This document shows, piece by piece, positions 54,678-64,000 of a DNA stretch of 64,000 nt (position 1 is its first letter; every line of letters starts with the position of its first letter). The position numbers and the translations under genes were made by a program. Origin of the DNA: Octopus vulgaris (taxonomy: Eukaryota); the NCBI GenBank assembly GCA_951406725.2, contig OX597826.1, positions 3,968,001-4,032,000 on the forward strand, in the 5' to 3' direction. Below the pieces are notes generated by a model that was given only the letters and a program-made list of their open reading frames with translations, had not been told where the DNA came from and did no database searches.

Positions 54678-54705
<28 letters not shown>
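54485..54705 (-). mobile_element. SINE family B 3' half
   Basis: TTTACTTGTTTCAGTCATTTGA...CGACCCCGGGACTTATTC...CCGCTAAGTTACGGGGACGTAAACACACCAGC. Confidence 0.85.
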
Positions 54706-54712
<7 letters not shown>

Positions 54713-55179
54713 ACATTACAGAGGACTCTGCCCATTCGGAATTCTGGCTCCATAAAAGTGATAAGTCATCAATATATAATATTTTCCATGGATGGGGGAG
54801 ACATAGAGTCTTATAATTTTAGTTGAAAATTAACCTAACTATTGACATTCATTTCTATTTCTCTGTTCTAGGAGTATATATGTGTAGGTATATTTAAGTT
54901 CAAATTAACCTCACATCATTCAAACTCTGCCACCGGGGTATTTCAGTTCGGTCTGTTGTGGCTTGTAATCCACCTCTGCTGCTGCGTGTGGTAGACGTTT
55001 CGTGGCAATTGAATTAAAGCTATGTTACAGGCTCAAGCTTTCGATGCGTCGAGCAGGGTGTAAATCGAAACCACGGACTTACGATTTGGAAATAAATATC
55101 TAAACAGTACGCAGCATAAGTACGAATATGTGTGAGTATGTGAATTTGTATGAATGCAAGCGTGCGCATAAATACTCTT

Positions 55180-55410
55180 TCTCTCTTTTACTCTTTACTC
55201 TTTTACTTGTTTCAGTCATTTGACTGTGGCCATGCTGGAGCACCGCCTTTAATCAAACAACTCGACCCCGGGACCTATTCTTTTGTAAGCCCAGTACTTA
55301 TTCTATCGGTCTCTTGCCGAACCGCTAAGTAACGGGGACATAAACACACCAGCATCAGTTGTCAAGCAATGCTAGGGGGAAAAAACACAGACACACAAAC
55401 ACACACACAT
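55180..55410 (-). mobile_element. SINE family B 3' half
   Basis: Same blocks as 10958-11190. Confidence 0.85.
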
Positions 55411-56041
55411 ACATATATATATATATACATACACTCACAGTCACACATAGACAGGTATACACACATATATTCAAGTTTCTCTTATGCTACAAAACGATGT
55501 TTCTCATTCACACACATACATCATTACAGACGTGTATGTGTATATCCGTGTGTTTAAATTCAATATGTAGTCACTAGCGTGTATTGCCTTATCTTGATGG
55601 AAATTAAAATTAAAATGTATCAGCTTCATGTATTGAAAAATGAAGTATTTCTTAGTTATAAGCATGTAATTCATACACTCACTGTGTAAATTCATATTCA
55701 CACATACACATACACTCAGCCACACACAACACGAATACATTTACGTAATCTTGCTGTCTAGGCCTAGGTCAAGTGATGATTAAAAACACATATGTATGTG
55801 TGTACATATATACATAATTTCAATGATATCATGATAAATATTAGAATGAAGCCATATTCCAAAAAAGAACCGCAAAGATAAGCTAGTAATTTATACATTC
55901 ACATTATCAGATCCACAAACGTCTGTCTACATACATATAAATACAAATATATACATACGTAGCTGATATGTATGTATATATATATAATTCTACAAATATA
56001 TGTATGTTGTGTGTTAATGCAGATACATATAAATATATGTG

Positions 56042-56270
56042 GCGGAGTGGGGAAGCGTGTGGCCTAGTTGATAGACAGTTTTGCACTCATTATCGTCACA
56101 TCGTGGGTTCGATTCCCAAAGGCGTGGCGTCATTCGAAGACTAAAATGATGCAATCGCTTTGTGACCAGTACTGTGTAACAAATTTGTTGGTTAAACTCA
56201 ACAGAAATAGAACTTCGTTTCGTGTACAGGAATAAAATGTGACTATGGATATCATCTGCTCCCGACATTC
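56042..56270 (+). mobile_element. Diverged SINE family C
   Basis: GCGTGTGGCCTAGTTG (A box) and GGGTTCGATTCCC (B box). Confidence 0.55.
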
Positions 56271-57536
56271 AAAGTCATTCAGCGTACCCTGCTTTAATCA
56301 GTCTTCTTCAACATATACAAATATTAGTGTTTGAAAATTTCCTGTCTTAACAATATGCAATAATTAAATCTGTGAATACTTTGCAGTTGGTGTATACGTT
56401 GGGTCAAACGTATCTGAGTTATGAACCAAGTCCTTTCAGTCACGTTCATCCCGTCCACCTTTTGCTCCTCCATCTAACGTACCAGTGTATAAAATACAAT
56501 GTTACCCAACATTTCTTTCTAGCTCTCCACACAACAACACATACACACACATACACTCACATTTCGATACTCAAGAAATCAGAAAATGTGTGTGCTCCTC
56601 TCAGACAGGTAATTATTGTTGCATAGCAACTATGTTTTCAAAAGAGGTTTTGTAAAATCTATTGCAAGATTTATGAATTACTTACTTAATTTGACTCCAC
56701 TCTGAAGTAACCTACATCCTATCGAAATGTTAACATGGAACACTTTGAAACACACTGATAATACAACTTATATCGTAAAACGGTCCTTTCTTCATAAGCT
56801 GACGACCACTTCACTGTTCATAAAATGGAAATCTCAAACGAATGCCTATATTAAAAACCTGGAGTAGGGATTAAGTCGATTACATCGACCCCAGTGTTCA
56901 ACTGGCTTTGATTTACTCGGTTCACTCTGTCTGGCCTTGAGCTTATTTTAGATTACATACCTACACACATACATATCCCCCCATACATATGTGTGTGTGG
57001 GTTTGTGTGTTTGTGTGTTGTGTGTGTGCTTGTGTGTGTGTGTGTATGTGTGTGCGTGTGTGATTGCTGCAAACTCGACTATTGCCATCGACTGATCGAA
57101 AGTGGCACACAAGTGAAGGCAACGACCAGCCATTTTGTGATAGATCTTACATTTTATATCCAAACGATGCCTGTCCATGACGAATTTTCCTTTTCTTTTC
57201 TTTATTTTTTGCTGTAGGGAAAGGATTTGCACAAATCCAATCCCACTGTCTGAACATGTGCAACATAAACTCGAAAATAAGAACTAGTTTACATCATCGA
57301 ATATTGTCAGCGCCAAGGGTTTTCTCTCAGAGTTTCTTTCTCGTAGCGACATTCTCTATTTTTTCCAGTCATTCCACCATGCTGGACCGCTGAACTCTAC
57401 ACAGATTTTCTCTCTGTGTTTTTCCATTCCCTCTCCATTATTCCTCTTATTCTTTTCTGTCGAAGATCGTAGACACGAAACATAAAATACTTTTTCCTAC
57501 ACCAGTTTTTGTCTGTTGTCTGTAAATTTGAACTAT

Positions 57537-57570
<34 letters not shown>

Positions 57571-57572
57571 AC

Positions 57573-57643
<71 letters not shown>

Positions 57644-57722
57644 AAAGTTCACAAAAAAACGAAGACAGGTGGTGTACAAAACAAACAGATGTATTAGTAT
57701 AACGCTCAGGAATAGAAAAAGT

Positions 57723-57758
57723 CTTTTACGTTTCGAGCCTACGCTCTTCTACAGAAAG
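57723..57758 (-). ncRNA. Hammerhead-like motif with atypical core, in a short repeat (~57640-57825) between (TA)n runs
   Basis: Minus strand: CUUU-CUGUAGAA-GAGC(guag)GCUC-GAAAC-GUA-AAAG. Stems I and II pair perfectly, but the core deviates from CUGANGA. Confidence 0.4.
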
Positions 57759-57820
57759 GTACACAGGAAAAACAAGGAGAGAAACAAGGAGAGAAAAAAT
57801 GTGTGTGTGGCTAATGATCT

Positions 57821-57861
<41 letters not shown>

Positions 57862-57962
57862 TATATATAGGAGCAGATAGTATAGCTTCCTGAAGATACT
57901 TATAATAAATTAATTTTATCTATGTATGCCTTATTACTGTGGTTAACCCCGTATCAACCGAA

Positions 57963-58000
<38 letters not shown>

Positions 58001-58649
58001 CATACGTACATACATGCATGCATACATACATACATACATACATACATACATACATACATACATACATACATACATACATACATACATACATACATACATA
58101 CATACATACATACATACAAGTATGTGTGTATACACATATAATTTTGTCAGCTTCAATGTTTTTTGTCACGGGTTGAGTTTCACGGTGACGCGGTTATCAA
58201 GTGAGAACTTTCTAGCTGTTTAAGCAATCATTTTGCTGAATTTATAAGAGGTGAAAAACTCGAGCCGTATACTAACATTTGAATCTGAATGGAACGAAAT
58301 AATCTGCACCTTGTATTGAACATTCTTCTCTCATAAATCCCTACTTAGATATGTGTGTGTGTGTGTGTGTATTTGTGCTTGTGTGTGTAGACATACATCT
58401 TTAATAAGCATTACAGGAAAGGTGAAATGGTGTTTTATGTTTCCCCAGAGAGCTAAATATGCAAAATATGTGGAGTGTAACAAATGACAATTACAATTCG
58501 ATGCTTCTGTGTTGAAGCAGACTTTTAAGACGAGAGACCATCGCGTACAACGGTTAAAAATGAACAGAAGACAAAGTGTGTTATCATTGCTCTGTTTTCT
58601 CTGTGAAAAATTGTTCTTAGAGAAGTAAATAACTTTAACTCTAACAAAA

Positions 58650-60820
<2,171 letters not shown>

Positions 60821-61218
60821 TTTCTTAATAAAGCAAATTAATGATCTGGAGGTGTTAAAATCTGATGGCTGTGTGTTAATTTACAAGTAATTGTGCGCAC
60901 ATATGGACGTCAAATCCGCGTGTGTGAATTACAATCCTCTTGTACTAGTCGTAGTTCCATTTGAGAATTCAAGGTAGTCTCTTTCTAACAGATGAAATGA
61001 AATCAAAATATAGACAAAGAAGAACTACTTATATATACACAATAGTATTTATGTATATATAGCATTGTTTACAAAATATATTGTTATATATATAGATATA
61101 GATAAAATATTGAATACAATATAGATATATAATGTTACGTATATACATTCTATTGTATATAATATATATATATGTGTGTGGGGGGGTGTATACACATAAT
61201 AAAATATGTATATATGTG

Positions 61219-61272
<54 letters not shown>

Positions 61273-61319
61273 AAGTGAGATAAGTTGATATAGTTATAAA
61301 TAAAGATTGGCATATTTAC

Positions 61320-61362
<43 letters not shown>

Positions 61363-61435
61363 TTATTCTATAAATTTATTACTTGTTTGTATACATACAC
61401 AGATACATACATATACAAATTTTTTGTAGTATATC

Positions 61436-61490
<55 letters not shown>

Positions 61491-62209
61491 AATATATATA
61501 CAGTTATATGTGGTTGGATAGATGGTTGTATTCATATGTCCATATATATATATATCTGTTTTACAAATTATAAGGGAAATTATATAACCTAGTTAAAATT
61601 TAAACGCTCAATCTAAATTTTAGCCTCCTTTTACTTAAATGTCAATTCCGAAAATGTTGTTGCGCGTTCTGTGAAGAAAGTAGGAACGAAATAAATAAAA
61701 GTGAATAACTAAAGAAATACAAAAATAAATAAATATTCTAACAAATATTAAAGTGGAAGCCATGTTGTAAATTTCGAGAAAGTCTTTGAAGTTGTCCAAT
61801 TCATGTATAACAAGCCTGACACGTGACCTACTTTACATTATTTTTTTTGTGTTTGTTCTTTTGTGTTTTCATGCTTGCTTCTGTTTGTTTTCATGTTTGC
61901 GTCTTTGTTGGTTTTAAGTTGGACATTGCGCAGTTAACTTTTATATTGAATTCTAACTTTGGAACATAAACACAAATGTTTAGTGGAAATCTTTGAGAAG
62001 TGTTTGACATTTATTCATTTCTCAGAGGCATTAACCGTATTAATGAAGTGAATTATTTTCAGCTAAGAATTGAAACCGAATTTAAATATTTTTCATACCA
62101 TATATATAATTATTTGTTTTAGTTTTCATAATCAGTTTCAATTCGATAAAAACAGAGCTTTTTTTTTATAAATTTAAATTTTCCTAAGTATTATCAGATT
62201 GACCATTGA

Positions 62210-62620
62210 TTTTTTGTGCAGTTACATTTCTTGGATCTGCTCAAGCAACAGCATCCTTCATAAGTTGAATAGCTTTCACTTGAAATCCAATATTTCCAAC
62301 GATGATTGCCAAATATTTAAGAACTACTATATCCGCCGAAATGTTGTATTAACAACAAACAAGATGAGGACAAATAACCATCAAATATAAATAAAGTAAA
62401 TAATGCAATTTTCTGTTGCTTTGGAAACCACACACTCGGGTAATATCCCAATGCACACTTCAGCCTATATTGTCATGTCTTCGCTGGTACCCCTTTCGTA
62501 CTAATATACTTCACTCACTCCAAAGATGATTGAAAGTTTCGTCTTCTTTCCTACAGATTCTGCGTTTGCTCTCTGACAGAGTTTTAGAAAACGCTGCTAA
62601 AAATTCAACTGAAGGATACG
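62210..62620 (-). pseudogene. Old decayed R4/Dong-like LINE fragment (CCHC and RLE region)
   Basis: Manual minus-strand translation SKRRICRKEDETFNHLWSE*SILVRKGYQRRHDNIG*SVHWDITRVCG aligns to CRICGDGQETINHIISSCPVLAKKEYIHRHDRVGTYIHWKLCQHYG of the 37.5-40 kb element. SADIVVL (cf. RPDIVV) follows at ~62320-62340. Confidence 0.65.
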
Positions 62621-62979
62621 CGTCATGATATCATGACTGATGTTGTTTACCATTGCTAACGCTAGAGGGAAATAGGTGAAATGACCGAAATTTATAGGAC
62701 TGGCTTATTTTTATATGTGAGTTGAAAATATATGTTGTAGCTCCATTGATATATATGCAGAGTGAGTTCTCATATACAAATATAAAATTAGAGCCGGATC
62801 TGGCGTTAAAATAAATGATGGCAACGCTTATTGTTTGCATTTGCGATAACTTCAGCGTAACACCATAAATTCAGGAACTGTCTTCAGTTTGAAGTAATCT
62901 GACTCTTTCCCCCCCTAAAAAACATATATAGACATTCATGCTCTCTATTTACAGACGGACATACAAACAGACAAACAAA

Positions 62980-63075
62980 CAGATAAATAGATAGATAGAT
63001 AGAGAGAGAGAAATAGATAGACAGAGAGATACACAGATAGAAAGATAGATAGATACATACATAAATAGATAGATG

Positions 63076-63141
<66 letters not shown>

Positions 63142-63253
63142 CAGAGAGACAGACAGATAGATAGATAGACAGGGAGACAGACAGACAGACAGGGATAGAT
63201 AGATAGATAAAAAAGACAGACAGACAGACAGACAGATAGATAGATAGATAGAT

Positions 63254-63325
<72 letters not shown>

Positions 63326-63330
63326 GGATG
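62980..63330. repeat. (GATA)n/(GACA)n microsatellite
   Basis: Seen directly. Confidence 0.95.
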
Positions 63331-63788
63331 GAGGGAAGGACAGAGAAACGGATGGAAAGAAAGAGGAATAGACACAGAAAGATGAAAGAGAAAGAAGGAA
63401 AGGAAGTAAGGAAATGAAAAGGAAAGAGTAAAAGAGTGATAGAGATTGATTGCAGCGCCGAGTTCATTAACGGAGTGCTGAGCTATGATCACAAATGAAT
63501 CGTTGGCTCTCCTCTGGCAGGGAGGTCGTCATTGAAAAATATGTCGATATATTGAGCACTCGAATATCAAAATAACCATGACACGAATTCTGTAATTAAT
63601 ATCAAAAATAGATTCTTTTCCCACGCAAAATGTACAAATTCACACACACACACACACACGTGCATGTGTATATGTATATATATACATACACATATATATA
63701 TATATATCTATATACATACACATATATATTTATCGATATACATATAGATATACTTATAATTACATATATATACACACAGTTAAATATA

Positions 63789-63822
<34 letters not shown>

Positions 63823-63876
63823 CACATATTTATTATTTGTATATATATATACATGTATACGTAAGGGCATACATAT

Positions 63877-63926
<50 letters not shown>

Positions 63927-64000
63927 TTTACGGAACCTGATCGACTTTCGATTGCCGATGGTAGCTATTTTAGTTGTCTGTTCGCCTATCAGTTGCTCCG

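Overview
Eukaryotic, AT-rich, extremely microsatellite-dense genomic DNA. The SINE families and the repeat landscape look like an octopus (coleoid cephalopod) genome, which is an inference. There is no intact host gene. Most ORFs in the track are microsatellite artefacts. Real content: a decayed Helitron with STPR-like repeats (~340-4235); a 5'-truncated L1/Tx1-type LINE inside (GATA)n; a decayed maT/Tc1-type transposon; a Penelope-like GIY-YIG element; two R4/Dong-type RLE LINEs (one well preserved between TAA arrays, one old); several MITEs; three tRNA-derived SINE families; stand-alone palindromes; and a possible spliced pseudogene fragment (51221-52044). The most striking feature is a non-coding 362-bp unit in tandem and inverted copies (48757-50030). 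Each complete copy carries a minimal type-I hammerhead ribozyme with the core variant UUGAAAA (U3-A8 instead of C3-G8), and the inversion breakpoint lies about 2 nt from the predicted self-cleavage site, so it looks retrozyme-like. Five more hammerhead or hammerhead-like motifs occur in four other repeats in the window, including the Penelope terminal repeat. All calls were made by eye; no searches or folding programs were run.
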